From assembly GCF_009914755.1 (NCBI RefSeq), contig NC_060934.1: a stretch of DNA of 64,000 bases; one strand, 5' to 3'. Positions 1-15,785 of this stretch are shown here, piece after piece. The stretch is from the human T2T-CHM13v2.0 reference genome, Homo sapiens. Positions within the stretch are counted from its first letter, which is position 1. Each line of letters opens with the position of its first letter. The notes under the pieces are model-generated. The model did not search any database, had not been told where the DNA came from, and saw nothing but the letters and a program-made list of their open reading frames with translations. Made by a program: the position numbers and the translations under genes.

Positions 1-2903
1 TGTTTTTAACTACGCCTATTTAAAGTCATTTCCACAGTTATTTGCTTACTGCTGATGCTGTAAGATCTTGGTGTGTGTGTATATGTGTTTAGATGTGTTT
101 ACACATATGTACATGTATTGTGTTTTATGTTGTGTCTACATGGCAAAATCTGGCATAGCTGGCCAAAAATTCCTTAAAGAATTCTATTTAGATAAATGAG
201 CACTCATATAAAATATACAGCAATGAACAAAAATTTTTTTCGTTCACATGACTTAAGTAAATATTGGATATATTAATTGGCTTCAAAATTGTTGATAACA
301 TAAAATTAGAAATGTCCCAAAATTGTCAACATATATTTTTTGCCTGGGTGAACTGATTAGACAGTTTATTTGCTTCTGTTAGATCCTTTAAGGTTATAAA
401 GCTGTGAACCCAGCCTAAAACAGAATGATTTTTGTGCAATTCTTTGATAAGTAAGATTATTTTAATATTGTTGATTCAATAAAAACAGCTATAGCTTGTG
501 AGTTATCAACCAAATACCCATTTATTTAACTTTAAGGCTCCTACTTAGGTAAACACTTGATATTAACAGGCTACCAAGTTGGCTAATAAAAGAACTTAAT
601 GACTAGCTCTAATACCTCAATTTTCATAGTAAACTCTAGATATAGTTGTTAAAAAAAATTAGATGATTATACATATAAACTCTAGATATAATTGTTAAAA
701 AGATTAGGTGACTATAAATAGAATAAACATTTATAAATAAACTTTTCATGTAATCTAAAATCTTAAAGTTATGGTAAATTAAATAATAGGTACTCATTAA
801 ATGTCCGGTTCATATCCAAATAAGAAAAAACCAACAAATTGCTAAATAAATGCAAGTTTGTTCTTGGCTTCTTCAATTTTATAATAATACTAAATATATT
901 TAGGTTTATTAATCAAAATATAAGTAATATGAAAAAAATAATTTATTTGAGAAAGACTCTTATGTGGTAAATTGTTGTCCTAAAGCAAAACGACTAGTTA
1001 TTTAAGAAACAGGATGTATAGAAAAAAGCAAAAAAAACAAGTATGTCAACTATGGTCCAAGTAAGTCATAAAAAGGTTCATAAAGGGGGAAGTTATGAAA
1101 TAAATTTTGTGTATGATCAAGTTGTTTATAATTAGAAGGGAATTATTTATAAATGTTTCTAAAGATTAAAATTTGATACTAAAAATACACTAATACTAAA
1201 CCAAAAAAATGTGGCCCCCTATTTAGAACAACAAAGTTTTTTTGAAGTATTGGTCTGCTCTTAATAAAATTGCAAAAGGGTTTTATTTTTAATTCTAAAA
1301 TCTGTTTTTTTTTAACAACAATCTTCTAAACTGCAGCCAGTGTCAGTATCTGCCACATTTCCTGAGATCTAATTAATTTCCCTAGTTTTGGCTTAAAAAT
1401 ATGGTCCTCTTTATTTACAATGGTAATTCATTCCTTGAGGTAAAGTTTTCCTTTTGAAATTTCTCAAATTTTTGTCTCAGAAGTTCAACTTCTGCTGTAC
1501 CTTGCAGCACATGACTTGCAGCAAAAGATCCTTGCCTTCTGAACTTTCTCCCCTTGAAAAGGTGTATTTTTTGCTTGGCTGGGGTGATAATTCTCTCCTT
1601 CAACCTTTTTTGTCAACTCTTACATCTTTTTTTTTTCCCGCTAGTTCTACCTCTGCTATTATGGTCTGATGCTGAAGTGTTTCTCTTAAAAGCCTAGAAA
1701 AGCAATGTTTTCCTCCAGTATAATTTGATTCTATACTCTTGGCTTTTCTCAATATGTCTGAATTGTACCATTGTAACCAGGAAGCTTTTCCATGCTGTTA
1801 CTAAGAGCCATGTATTTTCTTTCTCAAGAAAACTAGTTTTCTTGTTTACATTCTTCTATAATATAGTGTATACTCACAATCTTGGACATATTCTTCCTGT
1901 GTAGGATTAAAATCAAGTATATTTTTCATTAGGTTCAACTTCCAGGTTATATTAGTGAGATTCTGGTAAGGAGAAACAGTCATTCTGCAGATTTTCTTTT
2001 TAACTTTTTGGTTACTGAGCCAAAAAAAAAAAAAAAACCATTTTATCAAGATAATTTATTGTGTTGTCTTTATTAGGTTTTTGATTACTTAGAAAAACTG
2101 ATATTGAAAAAGGTTAAGGTGTTTACATCCATGTAACTTTCTATATTGCTTCTGAAACCTCGACTATCACTTTAGTTAAGTGAATGACTATTATTTTTCA
2201 GTGATCTGTGATTCTGTTTCAATCAAATATTTTAAGTTTTTTACATCATTGACAAACTTCCCCAAAATCAAATCCTAACCTAAGTCTTCATGACCTAGAA
2301 TTAACCTTGGGATTTTTCTAATTTGGTCCCTGGAAAGTCTCAAGAGATATACCTCTCATCTTGTAGATGGGGATATTAAATGGTTACTGTTATTTGGTAA
2401 ATCATACAAAAAACATTGTCAAATGATAAGTGATACTAGATCTTCTTTTAGTTGCATTTATTGGTATGTTGTTGATATGAAAGTTCTGAAAATTCTGTAA
2501 ATTTATAAAAATATCAGATGAGAAAAAAAGAAAAAAGTATAAACAAATTTATAGAAATATGTCTTAGTCATAATTCTGGTTATCTTAAAATGCTATATAT
2601 AATAGAAATAACGAAATTTCCTTGTTGATTATAAACTTTCGTCAGATTTTTAACTATGGCTATTCTAAGTTTTTGTCATCCACAGTTTTGAATTCTTCTC
2701 TAAAAACATTTACAATCAGATTAATGGAAAAGATTCTAATAAATACTCTTAAATACAGGTTTCTGTTAACTTTAAGATCAATAGACTAAATAAAAATATC
2801 CAGATCTCTACTAAATAAATTGATGGGTTCATGAAACTAGTAATCAAGATCAATCAGGACAAAAATTAATTACATGAATTAAGTAATTGATAAAGATATT
2901 TTT

Positions 2904-3315
<412 letters not shown>

Positions 3316-3565
3316 TAATATTTTTATAACTTTTATTTAAAACATTGTTGATTCTTGTCTTAAATATTTTGTTCTCCAGATTTAAGGAAAAAATTTCTCT
3401 TTATCTATAATTTACAGCAATTTGATAAAGTATACTTTTTTAAACAAAGATAAAAGCATTTGGTGTTTTCTCCTTACTTGATTCTTCCAGAATTCAAAAA
3501 CTATTTGTGAGTATTCTTATGGCAATATGATTATTTGCCTAAGTGCAATGAAAATCCATTCTCTT

Positions 3566-3932
<367 letters not shown>

Positions 3933-4529
3933 TTACCAAGGCTTTGACTAAAATGTCATATTTGAAGAATGCACAAAATGCCTGACTTCAAGGGTTACCA
4001 GCCTTACAATGAGTACATTAAAATTGTCATTTCCTGGCACAGGAACCTTAAAACTGTAAGCAAAATCTAAAGTCTGCCTCAGTTTGGCTTCCCAGTCTCA
4101 AAGTTTTAAATCTGAGGTTCTTACGTGATCAATGTTAAAAATTTTAAAACCTGTGTTTCTAAAGTTATAATATGCCTCTTAATAAATGATAACTCTACAT
4201 TGTGTTTGAGTTCTTGCTATTTACCTATAGACTAGTATAGACCTAAATTCTTCTGGGTTCCTCTAATCCAACTTTCCCTCATAAAATTACCAAAACATGA
4301 ACTGTTCTATTTCTAAAGCTGAAAGTAGACAAATTTTAAGGAACATGTCTCATGACTGATGTATGTGCCACACAGAAAGTTCACCAAAAGGCCTGATGCC
4401 ATAACCAGAGGCATTCAAACTGCACACCAGAATGAGAAATTGATGTTTTTCATGGGATAGACAGCTTTTCCCAAGACAGTATGGTTGATCAGCAATGGTT
4501 TTGGAGAAAGATCTTGATCAAAAGGGAGC

Positions 4530-4990
4530 CATAAGAAAGAAGATTATGCAAATTGGGCCATTCCTATTACACCTGACTAAATCCAAATTGAAGGGCCCGG
4601 CGGGGAAAATTACTTGAGGCACATAGCACCTGCTCCAAGAATTACATTTTTCACAAGCTCAACTGCTGAAGCTTCCTGTTGTAACCTGAAACCAGTTTTA
4701 TCTAACAGCTACTAAAACAATCTGCTGTGACTCTACCCACCACCATCCCTCACTAGTCAGAGCCACCAGCTCTCCAAAACTTTACTAATGCAAAATAACT
4801 TTCTTTCAAATGATACATAACATTTATCCTTTTTGTAAAACCTCCCATCTTTTCTTTGTTCTTTGAACAGACCTAAGACTACCCACTCTGTGTGTATGCC
4901 CCAATTTGCAATTCTTGCTTCCAAATAAAATGTTTTAAATTTAGACATTCATCTCTAATCTTTTATTTTATCTTTTATTTGACATTGACA
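4530..4990 (+). mobile_element. 3' LTR of the provirus, ERV1/MER4 group (LTR24-like)
   Basis: Follows the PPT; contains CTGTTGTAACCTGAAACCAGTTTTATCTAA, ATGCCCCAATTTGCAATTC and AATAAA near 4924; ends ...TTGACA. Subfamily from recall. Confidence 0.7.
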
Positions 4991-5089
4991 AGCTCAAAGC
5001 TCCCTCCATTCCATTTCTCTGACATCTCTAGTGTGCCATCCTCACCTGCTTGCAGAGCTGGCTATAGGCAGTGGGAAGCAGGACAGCAG

Positions 5090-5245
5090 GGAGAAGGCAC
5101 GCCCTTAGTTCATCAGCAGCACACAGACCCCCCACTCACATTCATTGGACAGAATTTAGCCACGTGGCCATATCAACCTGCATGTAGTCCAGCCTTGTAC
5201 TCTGAAAGAAGAGGAAACTGGAATCTGGTAGACCACTAGCAGCCT
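5090..5245 (-). mobile_element. Old MaLR (MLT1J/K-like) LTR fragment
   Basis: ATTGGACAGAATTTAGCCACGTGGCCA...GAAGAGGAAACTGG resembles recalled MLT1 motifs; strongly diverged. Confidence 0.5.
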
Positions 5246-5475
5246 TTCTATCTTTTTGCACTGAATTCTGGAGTATCCCTTGCCTTGTTCTTCTACATCA
5301 CTAATTCTCTATGTATGTTATCATGATACTAATCCTAATCATTAAGTTATTTAGTTTATTTTGACAATCATATCTTTCATTGCCAAGATCTAATTATTTC
5401 ATTTCTATAATCACTTGTTCTTGATATACTTTCATTCCTCTTGAGATATTTCCTTCTTCTAAAATCTCTTCTTCA

Positions 5476-5795
<320 letters not shown>

Positions 5796-6140
5796 AAAAT
5801 CTCTTCATTCAATTAACTCTATTTCCTTGGTGCTGGTATTCAATTGTGACTTTTTTCACAATTGTTTATGTCTTGTTTGAATACTTGTCTTTGACCTAAG
5901 GTTCTCTGAGATCCTTCAGTGAGCATTATCTTTGTTACCTGCAAGCAGTGAAGGCTGTCTCCAGGGCTGGGGAGGTGGAGAGAATTCTACTGGGCTGAGT
6001 GTGCCAGTAGTTAGTGTTCTATGCATGGGAGGTCCCCAGTGCTTCTGGGGCTACCTTCACACTCCTACTCAAGTGCCCGCTCCCAAAGTTGCCTGCTGCT
6101 GGGTGAAGGAGGACAGAGCCAACAATCTCAACTCTGGTTC

Positions 6141-6629
6141 CTGTCAATGAAAGAAAAAAATCAGGCTTTTCGATAATTAAAGTTAGTTTTATTCAGAAGT
6201 CTCACTGAGGATTGCAACCCAGGAGAGCCTTTCACAGAACTTCTGCTAGACTGCTCCAAAGCAATGTGGCAGCCCACAGCTTCTATACTGGCGGTGGAGG
6301 TTTTGCATGTGCTCAGAAGTTACATTAGAGCAGAATCTCCTCAATGTTTGGGTGCACCTGGTTATAGATTATAGAAGCATAATCTCTAATCCTCTTGAAC
6401 ATTGTCTTATGTACAAGAAGAGGCAAAAGCTAGGATCATTGAACTTATCTTTTTCTTAAAATGTAGTGATTTAGGCAAGAGAGATGGCAGCCTGTGCTCT
6501 ATCCTGCTTATCATCTTCAGGGCATTCTTCTGGAGGGCTGCACTCAGCCACTGAGTCAGGGGCTTCGTAAAATTCTGCTGGCAAGGAGAATGAACAAATG
6601 TGGCTTCGTATGTGTAGTATTTTGTCTCA
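6141..6629 (-). mobile_element. Solo ERV1 LTR, MER67-like
   Basis: On the minus strand begins TGAGACAAAA...GAAGCCACATTTGTTCATT...AAGCCCCTGACTCAG, has AATAAA near the 3' end and ends ...TTGACA. Confidence 0.75.
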
Positions 6630-7584
6630 TATTCCCAAGAGGTTTGCCTGCTGTGGCTCCAGGGCCCTCTGCTCCTTCTACGTGCCTCTTCCCTGCTGGA
6701 AGCACTCCATAAGCCCCCCACACTTTCTCACTGGTCCTCTACTGCACACAGTGTGGGTTATAGTTTCCTCTGCTCACCAAATCCCTTCTTTCATCCTTCG
6801 AGGAGTCCTTGTATTTTCTGGACCATTAAGAGTAATGTGACAGGATTCTGGGGATGCAGGGAAAGAGACGAGTCATGAGTCCGGGATGCCTCTCAAGTCC
6901 ATCTCACCGCCACCCCATAATATTGTTCAGAACAACATTCCTACTTCCAGCCAGAAGCCATGGCAAATATTTGGTGCAATTTTGAGAAGGAATCAGAGGC
7001 AAAGAAAACAGCTCCTTGGTGTCAGCTCCACTATGACTGCTGGTCAATGCATAGCAATTGGCAGAAGCACACCTTCTGTGAGGTTAAAGCTAAGGTGGGC
7101 AAGTGTGCCATCAGAAGGACATTGTAACACTGTGCCTTTATCCAAGAGTGATAGTGCCTCCCCTCTTAGAGAGAGCATCAGAAAAACAATTTAGAAATGT
7201 GTAACGCTGGCAATTCCAGTCTCCAGGCCTATTCGGAGGCTCCTTCTTCCCCTCACTGTTCACTCCTTGTGCTAGGATCTCTGTATTTCCCTTCCAATGC
7301 CTTTAGGTCTGGTTTCTGGCACTCCAGTCCTAGATTGAGCACAGGATGGGTCTAAGGAGCACCTTTGCTATCACACAGGGCATGGAAACCCGTTTCTTGG
7401 GGTGTCCCTCCAAGCACTCCTGGTTCTCCCCGGTCGCACCATCTCCTCCCCAATGGCCGGTGCTCCCCAGTCACATTGTCTTCTCCCCGCAGTCCTCCGT
7501 CCCCAGGAGCATCCCGGGGCTTCCAAATGCCAATTTCACGTGCAGGTACTGTACTCACTTATCTTGCTGACTATGCCAAATTAA

Positions 7585-8355
7585 GTGTGTGTGTGTTTAT
7601 GTGATATATCATGTGGGGTATGTGTGTGGCACATGTGAGTATGGTGTATGTGCGGTGTGTATGTGGTATATTGTGTGGATGTGTGCGTGTTGTGTGGTAT
7701 GTGTGACGTATTATGTAGAGTGTGTGTGGTATGTGTGGTGTGTGAGGTGTGTAGTGCGTGCTGTGTTATGTGGTGTGTGTGATGTGTGTATGCTGTGTGT
7801 GTATTTTGTGTGTGTGTTGTATTGTGTAGGGTATGTGAGTGGCATGTGTTTCACGTGTGGTGTACTGTTTGGGGTGTGTGTATGCTGTGTGTTATGTGTA
7901 TGTGGTGTGTGTGTGGTGTGCTGTGATGTGTGGTGTGTATATGTGGTGTGTTTGTGCTGTATTGTGTGGTATGTGTATAGGGTGTACTGTATGGGGTGTT
8001 AGTATGTGTGTCTGTATGTGATGTGTGTGGTGTGTGGGGGGTGTATTCTGTGGTGTGTGTGGTGTGTGTAGTGTGTGGTGTGTGTAGTATGTGTGTGTGG
8101 TGCAGTGTGTGTGGTGCATTGTGTGATGTGCATGTGTGGTGTGTGAGGGGGGTATATTCTGTGGTGTGTGTGTGGTGTATATGGTGTGTGTGACGTGTGT
8201 AGTGTGTGTGTGGTCCAGTGTGTGGTGCAGTGTTTGGCATGTGTGTGGTGTGTGTGTGGTGTATTCTGTGGTGTGTGATGTGTGTGGTGAAATGGGTGGT
8301 GTGTGTGTGTGGTGTGTGGCGTCTGTGTGTGATGTGTGTTCTGTGTGTGTGTTTG
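7585..8355. repeat. Degenerate (TG)n/(TGTGG)n low-complexity array, about 770 bp
   Basis: Almost only TG/TGG/TGA units; source of many spurious Cys/Val- and His/Thr-rich ORFs. Confidence 0.97.
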
Positions 8356-9289
8356 AGTGGAGAGATCCTTCAACCTGAAGGATCCTGAGCCTTTCTCTTC
8401 AGGACAGGTGAGGACACCTTAGCTGGTGGCTGTGTTTCCTGCCCTGGGGAGTCAGCCGAGCGGAGCCCCACCATGGCTAGGTGTTACATATGTTCAGTAT
8501 CACCTCTGACTTCAAAAAAGCGAGCACCCCCATTTCCAGGAATCGCCTGGGAACCGTTTCAAAGGAGTCGTGCCAGCCAGGACAGAGAGCTGGGAAGCGG
8601 GACCACAGGAGCAACTCTGAACAGTCATTGGATGCGCTCTCCAACCAGCTGCTCTGCTCACCTCAAAGCACACACCAAAGAGAGGGAGAGGCTCTGAGCC
8701 CATGCGGGTGAATCAGGGTGAGCCACGCAAATCTGCTGGCCCCTGGCAGTCATGGCAGATGCTGCCAGGAGGCCTCCCTCATTACTCGGAGTAGGCTTGA
8801 AGTCATGCTTTCCAGTGTGAGGTGCGCGAGCCAAGCAAAGGAGGAGGCCTGGTCAGGAGGGGGGAGTTCCCTGTGACAATGGAATGAAAAGGCTGCTGCA
8901 GGGCCCAGCTGGCCCTGGGCACGGTGTGGGGAGGGGAATCCGCAAACCAGGCAGAGCCCTCCAGCCCAGGGCGTTAGTTGTTGACCCATCTTTCCTCCCC
9001 ACCACCAGACTGGGAGTCCTCATCCTTTGCGCTTTGCAGTTTAGGAAGCAGTCTCTGAAGAGCACAAACCTATTTAACAATGATAAAACTTCGGCTTTAA
9101 AGGGCTGATGTGGCACACTGGCACTAGAGCCAGGACACATGAGGGAGATCTCTCTTCTCCTGCTCAGCAGCTGGCCTCCCTTCTGAGGGCCCACCTCGGA
9201 CTGACTGGAGGACACCACTTGGAATGGCAAAGATGGGGGCAATGCAAAGGCCACAAGGATGGCTTCATAGACAGGATGTGGACTTGGCA

Positions 9290-9400
9290 TTGGGCAGACC
9301 TGGATTTAAATTCCAGCTCTGCCTCAGTCTGTTTTCCATTAAATGAAGATACTTGTGCAAGGGTTCTGTGAGAATTCCAGTGGCTGAAGTGTGAAGCATT
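9290..9400 (+). mobile_element. MIR fragment
   Basis: CCTGGATTTAAATTCCAGCTCTGCCTCAGT...CATTAAATG resembles the MIR core. Confidence 0.55.
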
Positions 9401-10479
9401 CCCCACTCAGGGTTGCACAGCTGGGACTGGGTGAACACTGTTAGTACCCTCACCCTGTGTGCTGCAGCTGCATCAGGGCCAGCTGCCCTTCTCACAAGCA
9501 CCTATGCACAGATAGCCCCCATTTCACCCCAAAGGACAACTATTCAGAGAATTACCATCCATCAAGCCAGGGCACTCCAATCAGAGGAAGGTGTCACTTC
9601 CTGGTAGGACAACTAGAAGGGCAGGAGCTATTCACTGAGCATAAGAGGAAGGCATGGTACAGGTGGGGCATTTGTGGAGAGCAAGACAGGGAGCAGAGAA
9701 GTTTCTGGCAACATGCTGCTCCCAGAGGAATAGGGCTGCCACACCTGGTACCAGGAAACTGGGGAATGGCCACAGCTCAGCTCTGCCACTCAAGAACCCC
9801 ACTTGCCACCTGCATAGGAAAAGACAACATTGTGGCCACAGAAGGGTGAGGGGCCCCACAGAACTGGGGATGCCAGGACACTTGGTCCATGGGAAGCTGC
9901 CTTTTGCTCTGGCCTGTGCCTGGAAGCAAAACCATCATCCATAACTCCATCTAAGGATTCTTAGAGCAGATACTAGCTGGACCACAAGGGGCAGCCCGAA
10001 CCTTTCTGTTCCATCCCATGGCCTGGCCCTTGCTGGCCCACAGCTCACAGAATCTGCTGGGGCTCCCCAGCTCAGGCAGTACAATACTCTGTTGACCATA
10101 CGCTGACAGGTCGGGCACTGCTCTTCCTAGTTGGACCTGATACTAGTCATGATTCACTCACCTATGCAGAAGCCTGTGCATGCAACAAGGCTTAGCCCTT
10201 CTCCCATGGAGATGAACCTTTTGTTCCTCCCTCCTGCTTTCACCACCCCCACCCTACCCAAAGAAGAGGAAGAAAACAGAGTAGCTTTGGCAACCTTTTC
10301 TACCCCTCTCCCAGGCAAGAAAAGCAGAAGAACAACCTGAAGAACCAGGCTTCTCTCCTATATCCTCCATCTCGCCTTCAGCCTGCATCCCTTCTTACTA
10401 CCCTCTCTCCATTATAATTTGCTCTCTGTACATTTTAAATCAATCAAATTAGCAAAATAAATCATGAAAACCCTATACA

Positions 10480-11500
<1,021 letters not shown>

Positions 11501-11930
11501 ATCTTTAAGGAAATCAACTTTTATAGCTTAGAGTGGGTAAATTTTAATCAATATGTTCCTTTTGTCAGGAATATTTGCATTCTAAACACACTTTAAACTT
11601 TGGCTTTTCTCTTGTACCACCCTGTTGCCATTTACCAAACTATAGTATTCACAGCCTATATGTTTATTATTGCTTCAGTCCTCATTGATTGTATCCTATG
11701 GACTATGCACCTATTTAATCCTCATACAGAGTATACTCTGTAAAGTATGCTGTCTGACACTGAAAGTCAGAAAGTTTGAGTTGCTTGCTCAGGATACCAA
11801 AGGTCATCAGCAGAGGCTGCTTGATACTGTCAGTACTTTTCAGATAGTCACTCTATCAGGGCTTTAGTCCACAGTGCTCCTGTGGATGCTAACCCTACCT
11901 GGGATTGCTCTCCTTTTCCTTGAGCCCTCC

Positions 11931-12301
11931 TGTCTTAGGCTGTTTTGTGTTGCTATAACAGAATACCATACCCTGGGTAATTTATAAAGAGAAGAAATTT
12001 ATTTGGCTCACAATTATGGAGGCTGTGAAGTCCAAGAGCATGGCACCAGCATCTCTGCTTTCATGTTGCATCATCCCATGATAGAAGGTGGAAGGGCAAG
12101 CAAGCACATGAAACAGAGAAGGGAGGGGGCCGAACTTGATCCTTTTATCAGAAACCCACTCCTACAATAACAGCATTAATCCATTCATGCAGGCAGAGCC
12201 CTCATGAGCTAATCACCCCTCAAAGCACCCTCCTCTTAATATCATCGCAATGGCAATTAAATTACAACATGAGTTTTGGAGGCAATGCTCAAGCCATAGC
12301 A
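11931..12301 (-). mobile_element. Solo MaLR LTR (MSTC/MSTD-like)
   Basis: TGTCTTAG...TTGCTATAACAGAATACC...GCATTAATCCATTCATG...AAGCCATAGCA; TG..CA termini. Confidence 0.88.
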
Positions 12302-12719
12302 CTTCTCAAGAAGGGCACCAGCAGAATATGCTTGTGATCGCTCTGAATCTCCATCAGGTCATAGCATGGAATGAAGGTATCTGGTTTACTCAAGCATCCC
12401 TCCCACGGCCTGAGGTCCCAAGATTGGATTTTCTGTTCCCATCATTGGAAAGCAGAGGAATCCTTGTGGAAGTGCATCTGCCTTCACAGGACCACACCAG
12501 GAGCAGGAATTGTAAAATCCACCTCTGCTCTCCCAAGAGAGAAGGAGAGGGAGGGAAGGAGCACATTTGGCAACTGAGAGCATGCAACAGAAACCATTCC
12601 TTGGAGATCCTATGGGGCAAGCAATGGAAGGGACACTAATTTCCATCTGGAAAAGATATGGCCAGAGCTCTGACTTCAAACTCTGGAAGGAAGGTGGGGG
12701 CTGACCCCTATTGAGGATC

Positions 12720-12870
12720 TTCTGGGCACCAGATGCTGGACTGGGTATTTAATTCTAGTCAATTTATTGAGGGAATGAGACTCCAAAAGGTGAAATACCT
12801 TACCCACAGTCATGCAGCTGGTAGGTGACAGAGATGGAGCTGAACCCAGACTCTTCCTCTTATCCAGTCA
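12720..12870 (-). mobile_element. MIR fragment
   Basis: CTTACCCACAGTCATGCAGCTGGTAGGTGACAGAGATGGAGCTGAACCCAG. Confidence 0.7.
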
Positions 12871-13479
12871 CATACCGAGACCCTGCATTGCCGTTGGAAG
12901 CTATTTGCCTTTCTTCTCAGCACTCTGGGTGTCGTTTGCGTGCTCTCTCTCTCTCTTTCTCTCAGTAACTTCAGACTAGAGAATGGGGTACCAAGGTCAC
13001 TGATAAGGAAGCCCAGGGCCTGGGGGTAAATTTTAGTGAGTCGGCAGTCCTCAATACTCAGACAGATCATCTTCGTCATGATGATGAAGCACCATCAGGA
13101 GCTTACCATTTGGAGAGATAGGATGGCTTAACCCTGAATCTGTGCCTGACTGGGGTCTCATACCCTGGGGATTTTATAGTGTAAGCTCAGGAAAGGGATT
13201 CTGATGCCTGAGCAGAGAGAATGCCCTAATTAAGAATGACGGCCAGTTTGGACAATCTCCCTGAATCCCACTGACAAAAGAAACAATGGCTTCCCAATGA
13301 CATGGGTCTCAAGATGGACTTGGGCAGAGCAGGAACATGCAGGGGGGTTGGTGGTCTTCCAGGAGGCAGGGATAAAGCCCCCAGCAGGAGGAAGGGCCCC
13401 CCAAGGCTCTCCTTCCTATCTCTATCTCTGGTCAGTATGAGACTGAGTCATTCACTTAGCTAAGGACCAGACAATTAAA

Positions 13480-14900
13480 GCACAGGAACAGATCCAAGCA
13501 GATGTATAAATCTATTATATGGTGAAGTCATACTATAGGTCAGTGAAGAAAGGATGAGTTCCTTAAAAAATATATTGACACATCTGGTTATCCATTTTTA
13601 AAGAAAATAAAGTTAAATTCCTATCACATACCATGTACAAAATTTCCAGATAGATTGAATAGCTAAATGTAAATAAATAAATAAATACACACACACACAC
13701 ACACACACACATACATATATATATATTATATTATAAGAAAATGTTGTGTAACCTTACAATGAGGATTTCTACTTAAATAAAATAGGAAACCTAGGCGAGG
13801 TGTAATGGCTCATGCTTGTTATCCCAGCATCACTTGAGCTCACAAGTTTGAGACCAGTCTAGGCAACGTGGCAAAACTCCATCTCAAAAAAAAAAATTAG
13901 CCAGGCATGGTGGTGTGTGCCTGTAGTATCAGCTATTCGGGAGACTGAAGTGGGAGGATGGCTTGAGCCCAGGAAGTGGCGGTTGCAGTGAGCCAAGATC
14001 CCACCACTGCATTCCAGCCTGGGCAATAGAGCCAGACCTTGTCTCGAAAAACAAACAAACAAAACAAAACAAAACAAAACAAAAAACAGGAACTCTAGAG
14101 CCCATAAAGAGAAAAACTAACTTGATAAATTTGGTTACATAAACTTTTTAAACTCCTGATTTTGTAAGCCATTAAACAGTTTTTTACTAGACTAGAAGAA
14201 AATAATTGCAATACTTAAAATAGACAAAAGGTTTATATCCCTGATATGAAAAGTTTATGAAATTAATAATAAAAAGACAACTATAAAACAGATAAAGGAC
14301 ACAAAGGGCAATTAACAGAAGAGATTATACAAATGAACAATAGCATGTTACAAGACAACAGTGTTGGGATAATGCAAATTAAAATTCATCAGTTTAGCAA
14401 ATGTTTAAAATGTTGGTACCAGTAGTCTAATTTTGATGACACTATAAATTGCTACAATGATTTTGAGAATTAACCTGACAGTTACTGCTGACATTTTAAT
14501 CTGGATGCCCTTGGATGCCACTTCTGGAAAAGGCCAGGGATCATAATCAAAACATTAAGTTACTCTTACATCACAAGCATGCCCTGATCAGAACAGACAC
14601 TGACCACAATAACCAACAAGACTGTAGCATACTTAAAAATAGATGTATACGAGTATGCTCCTTGTACAATTGTTTATGTTAGCAAACAAACAAGCAAACC
14701 TGGAAACAATCCAAAGTTTCATCTATAGGGAGAAGAATAACTAAATTATGAAGGATCATCAATCTGGAACCACTGCAGCTCTTTAAAAAAGAAAAAGAAG
14801 GTAAAACTACTATTATTGCCCTGGCAGGATATCCACTATAGCTGTAAAAAAAAAAAAAAAAAAGTTTAGAAAATAAAAATAAACAAAGGAAGTAATTCAA
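13480..14900 (+). mobile_element. Ancient L1M fragments interrupted by (CA)n/(TA)n and an Alu
   Basis: A-rich degenerate ORF2 motifs (ATCACATACCATGTACAAAA, GACAAAAGGTTTATATCC, CTGGAAACAATCCAAA). Confidence 0.65.
13794..14083 (+). mobile_element. AluJ with a left-arm internal deletion
   Basis: CCCAGCA joined directly to TCACTTGAG; GGAGGATGGCTTGAGCCCAGG; (CAAAA)n tail. Confidence 0.92.
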
Positions 14901-15249
14901 TTGTAGCTCTTCAAACTGAGATGGTAATAACAGCAATTACTTAAGTACAGTGTAATTATGTCTTCCTGGGGGTTGGTTACATCTTGGCAAAGTTTATCAC
15001 AGCAAGAATTGGTTTTGGCTTCTGGGGTTGGAGCCTTAGATTGGAGATAGAAAAAAAACCTCAAAGGAAGCATTCCTGTCCAGAAGGTAAAGTGATTCCC
15101 ACCCCCCTCTTCCCTGCTACAAAAGGTCATGGCTTTGGGGGGCACTGAGGTCTGGCATCAACCCTTAAGTTTATTTTTCCCATAAGGAAAAGCACAGGAG
15201 TCTCATGCTAGCACTTTAGAGAACCAAGCATGTGGATCTACAGTTCCAG

Positions 15250-15495
15250 GGAAGTCCCTGACTCGGGGACACCCTTCTCCTGAAATCCCCACACTCAGTC
15301 AGGGCCCTGTCATGTGTTCCCATGGCCCCCAGTTCTCTTCTTGGTGGCACATACCACACGGGTCATTTATGTTAGGATATGTACCTCTTTTTCCCTCCAT
15401 GAGACTCTCAGGGGGTCACCATCATCCCCAGCACCTAGACAGTGCCCAGAGCTTTGCATATACAGGGTAAATATTTACCACGAATAAATGAAATT
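15250..15495 (+). mobile_element. L2 3' end
   Basis: CCCCAGCACCTAGACAGTGCCCAG...TAAATATTTACCACGAATAAATGAA. Confidence 0.65.
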
Positions 15496-15599
15496 AGTAA
15501 GGGGCTACAAGAACCCAAGATGACTGAAGAGATATACCAAGAAATGATCAAATGACAGCCAGAGTGTCAGTCACTCAGCTGGTTCCAAATGCCTAATAA

Positions 15600-15785
15600 A
15601 AATTAACTCCCTCTGTCCTTACCACAGCCCTATGAGGTGGCCACACTTATTGTGCTCACTTTATGATGGGGAAACAGGAGCATAGAAGTTGGGCAACTTT
15701 CCAAAGTCACACCGTGAGCGATTCCACAACAAGGGGTTGAACCCAGGCTGTCTGGGTCCAGAGGTCTTGTTCTTAACCACAGTGG
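15600..15785 (-). mobile_element. MIR
   Basis: CAGCCCTATGAGGT...GATGGGGAAAC...CCAAAGTCACAC...TTGAACCCAGG...TCTTAACCAC. Confidence 0.8.

Noticed and set aside
7589-8388. Cys/Val-rich, metallothionein- or keratin-associated-like ORFs
   Set aside because: Translation of a (TG)n array; open in many frames on both strands
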